64,000 nucleotides of DNA from Caecitellus pseudoparvulus (lineage: Eukaryota; Protista; Bigyra: Bicosoecida): the NCBI GenBank assembly GCA_965644315.1, contig CBFFRQ010000030.1, positions 124,001 to 188,000 of the forward strand. Reading direction: 5' to 3'. Both the position numbers and the translations under genes were made by a program. Of this stretch, positions 48,912 to 60,200 are shown piece after piece (the stretch's first letter is position 1; each line of letters begins with the position of its first letter). The notes beneath the pieces are model-generated. The model made no database searches. It was not told the origin of the DNA and saw nothing but the letters and a program-made list of their open reading frames with translations.

Positions 48912-50801
48912 ATGCCTGACCACGATGCCTTGTTGTTGGCTCAGCCAGGGAGGGGAGGGCGTTCAGAGTTTGTGTGGGCTGGCCCAAATTCCGCAGCAAG
49001 CGCAGCCGAGCCTTCAACATCCCGCCCCCTTCCCACAAAGCGGCTGGAGGGCATCGGTTTCAGCGGGTCCTATGCAAGTCAGGGTAGCTTGGTCGACATT
49101 TGTGTCGGCCCTGGGCACTCGCAGGAAAGGCTGGAGGCTGGCCTCGCGGCCAAGCGCTCAGTGGGGCCTGGGCAGACGCTGCTGGCCGCCCCCATCGTGG
49201 GCGCCGTGACATGGGGACAGGGGGGCCGCCCCGCGGCTCTGAAGTTGCACATTAGTTCCTTGCAGTACCTCCCAGCCTCCTTGCGGCGTGCAGCGGAGGC
49301 TGTGCTGGGCGCCGTGCAAGCATGCATCGCCCAAGCACTGCCTGCCCTGGCGCCCTCCAGGCAGCAGGTGCAAGAAGCGGACACGCCTGCCGTTGCCGCT
49401 GCCCTGGTCGCCGCTTTATGGGTGGACATGCTGCAGGCGGCTGAGGCTGTGCGGCATTCCGCTGCACAGAATGGTTTCACGGGCGTGCTGTCCCTGCAGT
49501 GTGCGAGTGCCGCAGGTAGTGTGTTTGGCCCAGGCCACCCAGTGGTAGGGGCTCTGCATGCCACCCTTTCGCGTGCAGCAGCAGCCATTTTGCGCGCCTC
49601 AGCTGGAGGCAGGTGGGAGGCAGGTGGGGCTGCGTGGGCGGCAGCGCACCCTCTGGGCGCTCAGTGGCTGCACAGTGGCGGCGCCTTGGCTCACGGTCTG
49701 GTGCCACCGGTCTCACGGCTGGCCCACTTGCTGGAAGTGGTGCGGCTGAACGGGCACCCCGTTGGATCTCACGAAGGACGTGGGGCCGTCGGCCTTGCCC
49801 TGGCGCCCGCCGCAGCGCTGCCAGCCCACAGCCCCGTGCCAAACGCCCTCGCCGTACCACGCATGGGCACAATGTGCGTGGAGGTCGTGGCCATTGCGCC
49901 CATTCGCGCTAGCCAGCCAATTCGTGTGTCATATGTGAATGTGTGTTCCACTCCGCAAGAAAGAGCGTCTCTGCTGCGGGGAACGTTTGGATTTGAAGAA
50001 GACCCGCGGGAAACTGCGCTGCGCGCTGCAGCTGCACTGGGCGCCAACCCCTCCATGCGCCAAGTCGTTGCCTCGGCCCAAGTGCCACCACCTCCCCCCT
50101 TTGAAGTGCTGGGAGACCCAACCGTCCTGGTTGGCGCCTTGCGGTGTGGCGCGTGCGCCGCCGGCGCCGTTGTGCTGGGCGGCTGCAAAGCGCCCACTTC
50201 CCTGGCAGCTCGCCTCACTGTGGCTGGTTGCCCTGTGCCGGAGCCTGCACAAGAAGGCGGTGGTGTCTGTGAGCCCCGTGCTGCGCCTTCTGACTGGGCG
50301 TGCATTGTTTGCGGCGAGCAGGTGCCGGTTGCACATGCCGAGCGGCTCGTGAGCCGCGCCGAGGGTGAGCTGCTAAAGCTGTCAGGGCAGAGCTGCGCCG
50401 CGATCCAGGCGAGCCTGGCACGTGCACCATTGACTTCACTGCATGTTTGCCACCGCCTGCGCCTAGATGCCTGGCGTCTGCTGGACGTGCAGGCCGTGCC
50501 CGAAGCCCGCTGGGCAGTCAAAGCGGAGGCTTGCCGACAAGCACTGACCATTCTCGGCACCGTCACGCCGCTGCCAAGTGCTGCACACGCCCTGCTGCTG
50601 GCAAGCCAGGCCACTGCGCTGCACATGTTGAGGTCTACCGCTGCGCGCGGCAGCGCCGTGCCGCCTGTGGAAGCAGTCGGCGCAGCGGCAGGTGCCGCGG
50701 CTGACATGCTGGCGTTGGTATGGGGCGAGTCGGCGGAGGGGCACCCTTTGCTGCCTAGAATGAGGCAGTTGCAGCGCAGGTGTTCTGGCTCTTCACACTG
50801 A
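48912..50801 (+). CDS. SMYD-like split SET-domain protein, degenerate
   Basis: GLAAKRSVGPGQTLL (N-SET), VRLNGH..GLALAPAAALPAHSPVPNA..VVAIAPIRASQPIRVSYV..ERASLLRGTFGFE (C-SET), CxxC pairs (CGAC, CIVC) and a helical C-terminal region with HPL. Confidence 0.7.
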   Translation: MPDHDALLLAQPGRGGRSEFVWAGPNSAASAAEPSTSRPLPTKRLEGIGFSGSYASQGSLVDICVGPGHSQERLEAGLAAKRSVGPGQTLLAAPIVGAVTWGQGGRPAALKLHISSLQYLPASLRRAAEAVLGAVQACIAQALPALAPSRQQVQEADTPAVAAALVAALWVDMLQAAEAVRHSAAQNGFTGVLSLQCASAAGSVFGPGHPVVGALHATLSRAAAAILRASAGGRWEAGGAAWAAAHPLGAQWLHSGGALAHGLVPPVSRLAHLLEVVRLNGHPVGSHEGRGAVGLALAPAAALPAHSPVPNALAVPRMGTMCVEVVAIAPIRASQPIRVSYVNVCSTPQERASLLRGTFGFEEDPRETALRAAAALGANPSMRQVVASAQVPPPPPFEVLGDPTVLVGALRCGACAAGAVVLGGCKAPTSLAARLTVAGCPVPEPAQEGGGVCEPRAAPSDWACIVCGEQVPVAHAERLVSRAEGELLKLSGQSCAAIQASLARAPLTSLHVCHRLRLDAWRLLDVQAVPEARWAVKAEACRQALTILGTVTPLPSAAHALLLASQATALHMLRSTAARGSAVPPVEAVGAAAGAAADMLALVWGESAEGHPLLPRMRQLQRRCSGSSH

Positions 50802-51211
50802 CGCGTGCGCGGAGCTTGGCGGGGTTCTGTGCTGCTTGCAGCCGCTCAGCACGCCGGTCAGCGCTGCGCCACCTCACACTCACCGAAGGTGCGCGGGGTG
50901 CGGGGCGTGTCCACCCCGAAAGCGAGGAGCAAGGCGAGCGACAAAGGCCGGAGAGTTGCAATTTACCGTCTCGTAGGGCATCCGCATGCTCAAGCTCCCC
51001 TCACCTGGCGCCACGCCCCTTGTGCGCTGCTCACTGCGGATGACCGGGTGCTCTGCGTCACACTTTCCGCACCATCACTCGCTCGGCTCTTCCCTTCGCT
51101 GCGACGTGCCCGGCGCGCTCAAGAAGCGGCGCCTGCGGTGCAGTTGCCTTGCTTCTCCCGAAACACACACCAGCCGGGCACGGCCCTGCTTGCTCCCTTG
51201 GGTGAAGCTCC

Positions 51212-52609
51212 ATGGACGAATTCGGGTTCCCTGGCGGCTTTGTGCCGCCCATCTTCGCCCCTGGCGGCGCCCACTCGGACGGCTCCAGGTCCTTGGGAGA
51301 ACACGATCTGGATGATATCTTTGTGGACGACTTCCTGTCCAGCGCCCCCACCACTTTCGGGCTGCCCGATGCACCCGAATTACCGCCCATGCCTTCGACT
51401 TCAAGTTCCGCAAGCTTCCCCGCACCCCCCGTGCAGCCTCCCTCCCAGCCCCCCACCCCCGTGGACAGGGCTGTCCCTGTCGCCAACATGGCCAGTGGCA
51501 CGGATGGCTTCGCCGTGCTGCAGCGCAGTGCAGCGGGAGCCAGCGAGGGGACTCACCCCAACGCTGCCACGCTGGCCAGCATCGCATCCAACCCCTCCAC
51601 ATCCCGCTCCGTGGCCCAGGCTGCCCTGGCCGCCTCCAAAGCCGCAGAGAAGCTGGAGGCAGATGAATTGCAGCCCGCTGCCACCTCTGGCACAAGCTCC
51701 AGTCGGACGCGCCGCTCCAGTGCGCGTGCCGCCAGTGCCATGATCAAGGAGGTAGCAGGTGAGGGGGGCCGGCGCTCCACCAAGCGGCCCTTGGAGGGGG
51801 GCGATGCCGGTGCGGGCGAGGGGGGAGAGGACGAGGACGAGGAGGAGGGCGAGGGCGACAGCCACTCCTCCAAGCCCTCCTCCAAGCGCAAGCGTGCGCT
51901 GAACGCCTCCGAGCGGCAAGCCCGCAGCCGGGAGCGCAACCGAGTGCACGCTCGCAAGAGCCGCCTGCGGAAGAAGTTTTTCGTGGACTCCCTCAAGTCC
52001 AACTTGACCAAGCTGGAGAACGAGAACACCCTCATGCGCCAGTTCCTGAAGCAGCACACAGGGCGGTCGTTTGAGGAGTTGGCTGCTGCGGCGGGGGCAC
52101 CCGCTGCCGCCGCCGCGTCATCGGGCGACGAAGGTCTCCTGGCGGGGTCAGGGCGTGCCGCCAACCGGCAGCTGGAGAACCCAGACTACAAGTTGGTGCA
52201 GGCGCTGACGGTGTCGCAGCAGAACTTCGTCGTCAGTGACCCGAACCTGCCGGACAACCCCATCGTCTTCGCCTCGGCTGGATTCTACCGCTTGACGGGG
52301 TACTCTGCAAGCGAAGTCATCGGGCGCAACTGTCGGTTCCTGCAAGGACCAGGCACAGACCCCACCAGCATTGCCATCATTCGGGAAGGCATCACTGCCG
52401 GCAAGGATGTGGCGACGTGCCTGATCAATTACCGCAAGGACGGCACACCTTTCTGGAACCAGTTCTTCGTGGCGCCCCTGCGCGGAGTGGATGGCCGCAT
52501 CGTGAACTTTGTGGGCGTGCAGTGCGAAGTTTCGGAGGACATTGCCAAGCAGTCCCTGGCTGCTGCGCGCATGGCCAGTGCCCACGGGCGTGTCCCGCAG
52601 CGCAAGTGA
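51212..52609 (+). CDS. AUREO: Aureochrome blue-light-regulated transcription factor (bZIP + LOV)
   Basis: bZIP ERQARSRERNRVHARKSRLRKKFFVDSL..L..LENEN..L. A'alpha DYKLVQAL. LOV NFVVSDPNLPDNPIVFAS..GRNCRFLQG..NYRKDGTPFWN..FVGVQ with the photoactive Cys. Single exon. Confidence 0.96.
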   Translation: MDEFGFPGGFVPPIFAPGGAHSDGSRSLGEHDLDDIFVDDFLSSAPTTFGLPDAPELPPMPSTSSSASFPAPPVQPPSQPPTPVDRAVPVANMASGTDGFAVLQRSAAGASEGTHPNAATLASIASNPSTSRSVAQAALAASKAAEKLEADELQPAATSGTSSSRTRRSSARAASAMIKEVAGEGGRRSTKRPLEGGDAGAGEGGEDEDEEEGEGDSHSSKPSSKRKRALNASERQARSRERNRVHARKSRLRKKFFVDSLKSNLTKLENENTLMRQFLKQHTGRSFEELAAAAGAPAAAAASSGDEGLLAGSGRAANRQLENPDYKLVQALTVSQQNFVVSDPNLPDNPIVFASAGFYRLTGYSASEVIGRNCRFLQGPGTDPTSIAIIREGITAGKDVATCLINYRKDGTPFWNQFFVAPLRGVDGRIVNFVGVQCEVSEDIAKQSLAAARMASAHGRVPQRK

Positions 52610-52747
52610 CTTCTCCCCCCCCGACCCGGCGGACAATGCATGCCAACTCTCGAGGCACTCGGCGCGCCAATGGCGAATGTGGTTGCATTGCAGAATACAC
52701 CCGTCACACGCCCACTGACTCCTCCCTTCCCCTTGCCATCAAGCTGT

Positions 52748-53719
52748 TCAGCTGCGTGCAGCCTCCTGCAGGGTGGCAGCCTCACGGGCAGCGACACGCT
52801 CGGCGCGCTTCTTGCGGCGGGCCTCGGCGCGCTCCTTGGCGACGCGTGCCTGCTCGGCCAGGGCCTTCTCGCGGATGATCTCGGCCTTCTGGTGGTGGAT
52901 GGTCTCCATCAGCACACGCTTGGTCTTGTACTTGTTACCCTTGACCTGCATGTACAGCTCGTGGTACAGGTGCTTGTCGATCTTCTTGCTCTCGCGGTAC
53001 TTCTTCAGCATGCGGCGCAGGACGCGCATGCGGCGCATCCACAGGACCTTGACGGGCAGGCGCGCGTTGGCGGAACCCTTGCGCTTACCAGTGCCGGTGT
53101 GGCGGCCCTTCTTCTTGGCCTCGTTGTAGGCGCGGACGCGGGCACGGGAGTGCACCACAGGCATGCGCTTGGAGACGACCTTGGTCTTGATCAGCTTGCG
53201 CACGCCCTGACGGGAGTTGGCGACGGCCACATCGTTGACCTCGTTGGGGTCGATGAACACCTTGTTCACGCCGACCTTCAGGATGTCGGCCGCCAGGCTG
53301 TGCAGGGTGGCAGGCGGTGTGCAGTGCAGGCCAGTGAGGAGGGAGCCAGGCGAGCGCAGCGAACACGACATGCTGCCAGCTCCAACTCGCAACGGCGAAA
53401 CGCTGGGCCGCATGGCTGGCAACCAGCTGCGCGCCCAAGGACAGCCGCGGGAGTGCAAAGCGGGAGGGGGCTGTCTGCGGCCTAATTCCGCAGGCGCCTT
53501 CATTCCAGGTGCCGCACAGCAAGCAGGCGCCCCGCCCACAGCCATAATGACAGCAAGCAGCACAAGTACATGGCCCCCTTCGCTGCTGGCTGCGGCTGAT
53601 AGGCGAACTGCCTCCCCCCGCTGAACATTGCAGCAGCATGGCAAACACTCCGCAGGCACCTGGGCAGGAGCGCCTCAGCGCGAAAACACGTACCGGCGGG
53701 CCAGCTTGATGTTAGGCAT
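52748..53719 (-). CDS. RPL19: 60S ribosomal protein L19 (eL19)
   Basis: Exon 1 MPNIKLAR(R), intron 53298-53693, then [62 protein letters not shown]. Confidence 0.97.
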
Positions 53720-54256
53720 GGTGGATACTGTTGGGACATCAACTAATCCACAACTGAGTCTCAGGAGCCGTTTCAGAAAGTGCTCAGGGGTGGCTGCTTG
53801 GGCAAGCCTGTACTTTGGGGGCAGCATTCGAGTTCCGCGAATGATGCATTTTGAACTCCGCCGACGCCTCACCACGCCTGACGACGCCCCAGCTGCAGGC
53901 TGGCAGCTGGACAAATGCAACATGCATCGCAGCGCGCCGCAGCACCGTCCCATGCGTGGATGGAGTGTTCAGTCACGGCAGCACGTGCTTTTGTGCCTGA
54001 AAGCGCCGTGTAGCCTCGGCTGTCTGCGCCACGCTTGCTGCGTGCTGTGCCTAGTGAAACTCCGTCCTTGCAGGCGTAACGCAACTCGCTTGCTTGGTGC
54101 TTCGCGTGAGGCTGTGCTGGGAGCAGACGGACGACCGCGGAGATCTCGGGCTTCATCGATTGCTGAGTCCCCTGCACACAGCCTTCTCTGTGTCCTGCTT
54201 GCACAGCTGGCTGCTGAGCCTCCACTGGCACGCGAGTGACTGGGTCGCTGTCCAGC

Positions 54257-57200
54257 ATGGACATCGACGCTGCCGTCTCTGCGCTCGCAGGCGTGGCGTC
54301 GGACCGCGTGCGCGACGCAGCGGGAGCTCGCAAAGTGCTCCGATCTCTCCTCAAGGTGCGTCCCCCGGCGATGCAGCTACCCCCGGCGTGCCGCCCTGCA
54401 ACCACTCTCGCCCCTGCCCTCGCAGAGCGCACGCCGCCATGGTGCAGACCTGTCCACGGATGACGCCCTGCGCCTGCACCGCGCCCTGCTGCCCATGCTG
54501 GGCGCCCGAGAGAGTGGCCCCCGCGCCAGTGCCCTGCGGGTCCTGCGCTATGTCCTGGCCAGCCCTGGGTTGGTCATTGAGTTTGGGCGGGACCGGGGCA
54601 TCCTCGCCCTCGTCCGGTCCCTGGAGCGGGAGCCCTCCCTGGTGTGGGAGCGCACACAGGCCGTCAAGTTGGGCAAGCACCTACTAACTGTCGCTCCTGG
54701 GCACGTGCCCAGGGCCCTCATCCGTTCTTTCGTCGCACTGGCGCAGGCCACCGGCGACACCTTCCACCGCGTCGCACTGGACCTCCTCCTGTGGTGCCTC
54801 ACGGCGGGGTACCCCTCCCTGCTCTCCCTCGTCGCCTCCACAGGTGGTGTGCAGGCGCTGCTGGAGGCTGCCTTGGCACCGGGGCCGGGCCAGGACGTGG
54901 GGGAGCGCATCTTCCTCACCCTGGCCCACACCATGAACCACGCAGCCAACCACAGCGCCGTGCCGCCCAGCGCCGTGGCGCATAGGGTGGTGTCTGTCTT
55001 CACCTCCCAGCTCACAGGCAGTGTGCAGGTGGGGTGGAGCAAGCTGCACCGCCTGGCCGAAGCCAAGGCGGCAGGAGGGGATGGCGCCCCCCAACTGCCC
55101 TTCTGGACCACCCGCGGCCTGCCCTCTGGGGCAGTCATGGCTGGCAAGGTGAAGGCTACCCGCAGCAAGGCTGGCGCGCCACCGCCCAAGCACGAGCCGC
55201 CGACGGTGGGCGCCTGCCGCAGCATGGCCGTCGCCCGGGCGGCCGTCGTCACCCTGGCTCGCACGTGGGCTGGCCTCTTCGCCCTGACCTCCTCGCCCCA
55301 CGCCCTGCCGGCGCTGGTGGCCATGCTGAACCAGCCCCTGCACCCCCGCGTCTTGCTCTCCGTGCTGCGCACGCTGGGAGAGGTGCTGGCGCCCCCCCGG
55401 CGGGACGCCTGGTCTGCCACCTCTCACGCGGCTGCTGTGGTGCACCGCCAACGCATCCTCACCCGCCGCGCCCTGCGCTGGCACATGTACCACCAGGCGC
55501 CGTTGGGGGGCGGCGCGCCGTGGGTGACGGCTGGCCTTGCTGCCCCACCCACGCCCCTCCCTGACACCCGCCAGATGGACCGGGAAGGCAGCGCCACATC
55601 AGTGCTGTCCAGCACCAGTGCCGCCAGCAGTGCTGACAGCAGCTCTGGGCACCGTGACGGGCGCACGGCATCCGACGCCTCAGACGTGTCGGCAGTGGCC
55701 GAGGCGGCAGACGCAGCGGTGGGGGCGTCAGGGGTCGCGGAAGGCTACGCGCCGCCAGTGCAAGGCATAAAGGAGGACTGCATGCCACACAGGGCGTTTG
55801 CAGCGCCGAGGTTGGGCGTGCCGGGCATGCTGGGCCACGCAGTGGACGCAGATGTGGACGGGCCCCACCACAAGGCTCAGGCGAGTGTGGGGGGGGGCGA
55901 GGAGGAGGAGGAAGGCGCCGAGGGTGGCGGCGGCAGTGACTCGGACGCCACCGTCCTGGACTACTTCATGGGCCTGGGCGCAGAGATGGAGGCTGACGTG
56001 GGCCGCACGGCGCCCATGCTGCGGGTGGGCAGTGCCCGGGCAACCTCGCGCTCGGCACGCAGCCAGGGCGGTCGCAGCTCAGGTGCAGGTACCTCCCACC
56101 CTGCAGGCCAGGCGGAGGTGTACGAGGACGCCGTCCCAGAGCTGGACGCTGAGTGCCGGCCCGGGTTCTGGGTGCAGTACGTCTCTGCGTCGGGGGCCGC
56201 CGCCATCTGCCGGCGGGACATGCCCACCATCATGCTGGGGCTGGAGTCGGGGGCAGCCCTGCAGCCCGAGTGGTGGGCGGCAGACGACGCGCAGGCCTCC
56301 TCCGAGGAGCAGGGGCTGGGCATGCCCGCCGCCCTGGCAGCTGCTGCCCTGGGCAGTCCCCGTGCCCCACACCCCACCTCCTCCTCGGGCAAGTACTCTA
56401 CGTCCCACGCCCTGGACTCGTACACGGCGACAGTGCTGGTGGCACTGCTGCGGGCGGGCCTGCTGCAGCCCCTGGCCCTCCTCACAACGCACCACGACGC
56501 CATGCTGGGCCTGGCCAGCTCTGCCCTCCTCACCACCATCCTCGCGCTCACAGTGCAGTTGCTGCCACGGGAGTACTCACTGCACGTGCTGGCCATGCCG
56601 GAGCTGGTGCAGTTGGCTGCCGCTGCCAACGCCCACACGCCCCTGCCCTCCCCCTCCACAGCTGCCACGCAGGGCCACGCGGCCTTCCAGGCCCACGTGC
56701 GCCAGGCAGCCGCCACGCGTGCCCAGTTCACGGCGCTACTGACCTTCGTGCAGAGCTGCAACACCACAGCGTCTGCGGCGCGGATCAGCCTGGCGGCGTG
56801 GCAAGCAGGCGACGCTTCAGCGCAGTGGGACGGCGCCGCGGGTCCCCTGTCGTGGCCCAAGCCCGGCCACGTGCCGCTGGACTGGCGCCTGACTCCCATG
56901 TCCGCATCCTGGGCCCATGTGTCGGGCCTGCTGCATGTGGCGGTGGGCGGCGGCGGCGTCCAGGTTGCCGGAGGGGTGGGCCGAGCGCCCCTGGACCACC
57001 TCCTGGCGGCAGACGCCCTGGAAGCAGGTGCTGGGCAAGTGCCCGGCTTCGGCTTCCCGGGGCGAGCCCACATGCGGGGCTACTTGGCAGGCGGCGCGGG
57101 CAGCGCTGTGGCCGGCCTGGGCACGGCAGCCGGCACCCCGTACATCGACCCCGATGTGAACGTGCTGGACTTTGACGCGGGCCTGGCCCTGCCGGAGGAT

Positions 57201-60200
57201 GGGAGTCGGCAGCAGCGCCGGCGCTTTCGACACCACGGCCTGTACGGCGCCGGCGCCCGCAGCATCATGACAGAGGGGGGCGACGTCCTGGGCTGTGGGC
57301 AGGAGGAGGGCGACGGCGAGTTGCAGGGCGTGCTGAGCATGGGCCCGGGGCTGGCCACAGAGGGCAGCATGATGTACACGGAGGTCAGCGACGACGAGGA
57401 GGGCGGCGGGGTGGGGACCCTGGACATGTGGGTGGGGCGGCCCCTCTCCCCGGACTCCGTCTTTGGCGGGCTGGACGTAGAGCCCGACGAGGCGGAGGGT
57501 GGTGCGGGGGAGTGGGATGCGGCCCTGCCTTCCGGCGCTGCTGGACTGGCTGCACGGCGGGCCACCATGATGCGCAGCCACCGTGCCTCCTCTGCCTCCC
57601 AGTTGGGGGATCTGCCGGTGGAGCTGCCAGCAGCGCCAGTGCGACCCAGCGCCGCCCCGGCAGAGCAGCCGCCACCGGGTGTGGGCTCGGCAGCAGCCCC
57701 AGACACACCCACTCCCAGCCACGACCCGGAAGCCGTCCTGCGCTCCGCCCTCGCTCACGCCGCCGTCACCGTGCCCCGCATGGCGGCCGTCTTTGGCCTG
57801 CCGCAGTACCCTGGCGCCGCGCCACACCCCCACGCACTGGCCGCCTCTGGCATGGGCATCGACCCACGCACCTTCCCTGGGCGAGACGGCTCCGGCGCCC
57901 TGCCCAGCTTCATGGCCGCGCTGCCACCCTCCCTGGGCGAGGCACACAAGGCAGCCTGGTCGCCTCTGAACCGCCTGCTGCCTGGGGCCCTGGCGGCTGT
58001 GGACCGCCACGTCCTCTCAGGCGGCAGCTCGGATGGGTCCAGGGCCCACCAAGCGTCGGCGGGCATCATCCCGCCCTCCCAGGGCGGCATTCGGGGTGTG
58101 CGCGCAGCCACTGTCCTGCGCAGTCTCGTGGGCCACGCCGCCGCGGTGCTGGCTCGGTGGGCGGGCAGCTCCGCCTGCGTCGGCAGCGTCGGCGTCGGCA
58201 CCGCTGCGTCGGGGGGGCAGGGCGGCCTGCCGGGGGGCCCCCTGGCCTTGCTGCAGGCCGTGAATGATTCACACGAGGGGGGCAGCTCGGGGCAGACAAA
58301 GGCCGGCGCCCAGCGCAGCCCTGCCGAGAGTGCGGGGGCCGCCCGCACAGTGCTGCTGCAACAGGGCGAAGCCCCCGCCCTGACACACTCAGCGTATGGA
58401 GCGGTGGTGTCCAGCCGCCTGGGGCTGGCCTCTGCCGCGGCTCTGTATGGGGGGGGGGACGTCGCCCGGTACGTCGCGTCGCCGTCGGACGTGGAGGTGT
58501 ACGAAGTGCTGGCCACTGCGGCGCAGAGTGAGGTGCGGGGCGCCCGGGGCACGGCGGAGGCACGCATGGCGGCGGCGTTTGGGCACGAGGAGGCGGGCCA
58601 CGAGGAGGGCAGTGAGGACGAGGACGCGAACGAGTGGAGCATGTGGGGGCCCATTGAGGACGAAGGCGAGGAGGAGGGGCGGGAGGACGACGAGGGGTCC
58701 CTGACTGAGGGCGGCAGCATCGGCAGCCCCGTGGGCCCCCGCCCGGGACTGCCGCCCATGTCCCTGGGCCCTGCCCTGGAGGAGGGGGGGGAGGGGCCCG
58801 GCACCCCCCCTCGCGCCACGCCTGCCTTCCCCGACTCAGCGCCAGACTCAGCTCAGGCGGACGCAGCGGCCGCCACCATCAGCCCCTACGCCCTGCCAGC
58901 AGCGGCCATCGACCAGGGCGTCATTACGTTCCTGACGGAGCCAGTGCAGCTGCGCGTGGCGCTGCCAGAGCCGCGGCACGGCAACGTCCCTGCTGCCCCA
59001 CCCTCCTCCGCCGCCGCCACGTCTTCTCCTCAGCCGGATACCACCCCACCCCGCCGGGAACCCCTGGCCTTCAGTGACTCGGACAGTGGGGAGGAGGTGC
59101 CGGAGTCCGTGAACCTGGGCGCGTCGGGGGTGCCCCCTGGGTCGGGCGATGACAGCGCCAGCTGCGACCTGGCTGAGGAACGCATCATCACCACCACCCG
59201 CCTGGACCGCATGCGGAAGGGGCGGGGCGTGTTTGTGAACATGCAGAGCTCGTGCGGACCAGTGGGCCTGCACTTTCCCGTCGCCATCACCGCCTCCGCC
59301 ACTCACCTCCTGGCGCCCGAGCAGCTATACCCCGTGGACTACGACGTCGCCATGAACGGGCAGGGCAGGCTGGAGGCAGACCCCCACACGTGGACGACGG
59401 CTGTCTCAGCGGCCGTCTCTGCCCTGGCTGACCTGCACGACCCCTCCACCCGCTTCCACACGGTGTCCCTGGCTTCCCTCAGCATGGCCCTGGCCCGCGC
59501 CGTCGTGCCGCTGAACGAGGCAGGGGAGCCCGCCGTCCTGCCCGGCGTGCAGAGCTGGCGGTGTCTGCCGCCCAGCTCGGTGCAAGCTGCCGCTGGGCGC
59601 TTGCACCCCGTGGCACAGCCACTGTTGTCCCTGCCCCATGGCGGGGCGTGGTCCGGCACGGCGCCCGGCGGCATCGCGGGGGTGGACCTCACAGGGTACC
59701 GCCAGCGCATCAGCACCCGCCGGCTTCTGCAGGAGCTGACCCTGGCCAGTCGCGTGGCAGCTTCTGCTGCCTCTGCTGCCGCGGAGGACGGACAGGGCAA
59801 GGGGCGTGCGGCACACACGGCTGGGGAGGTGGAGGTGGAGGAGGCAGACTTCCCCCGCCACCTGCGCTCCGCGTACGAGGTGGCGCCAGCCAAGTGGACG
59901 CCGCCGCCCAAGGGCCAGCCCGGCCAGCCTGCGCCGCCACGCCCCAGCAACTTCCAGCACAAGTACCGCATCGTGCGGCGCAGCAGCGGGCGCCCTCACC
60001 CCAGAGCCGAGGAGTGTGGCAGCACGGCTGCTGCGCTGGCCACGGAGAACGCCGCGTTTTACGGGCCCACCACACGTGCTGCGCTGGCAGCCTTCGAGTC
60101 CCAGCGTGGTGACGCGGTGAAGGACGAGGTGGATCTGCGCCGGGCAGTGCGGCGGCACCGTCGAGTGGGCAGTGAGAACGGACTGGCCTTCGTGGGGGAG

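Noticed and set aside
53230-53719. Archaeal-looking RPL19 N-terminus ([18 protein letters not shown]) as evidence of horizontal transfer
   Set aside because: The rest of the protein, including the long C-terminal helix and a spliceosomal intron, is typically eukaryotic; simple divergence suffices.
60057-60098. FYGPTTRAALAAFE, resembling a peptidoglycan-binding (PG_binding_1) helix within RICTOR
   Set aside because: A single short motif without the flanking helices of the domain; likely chance.
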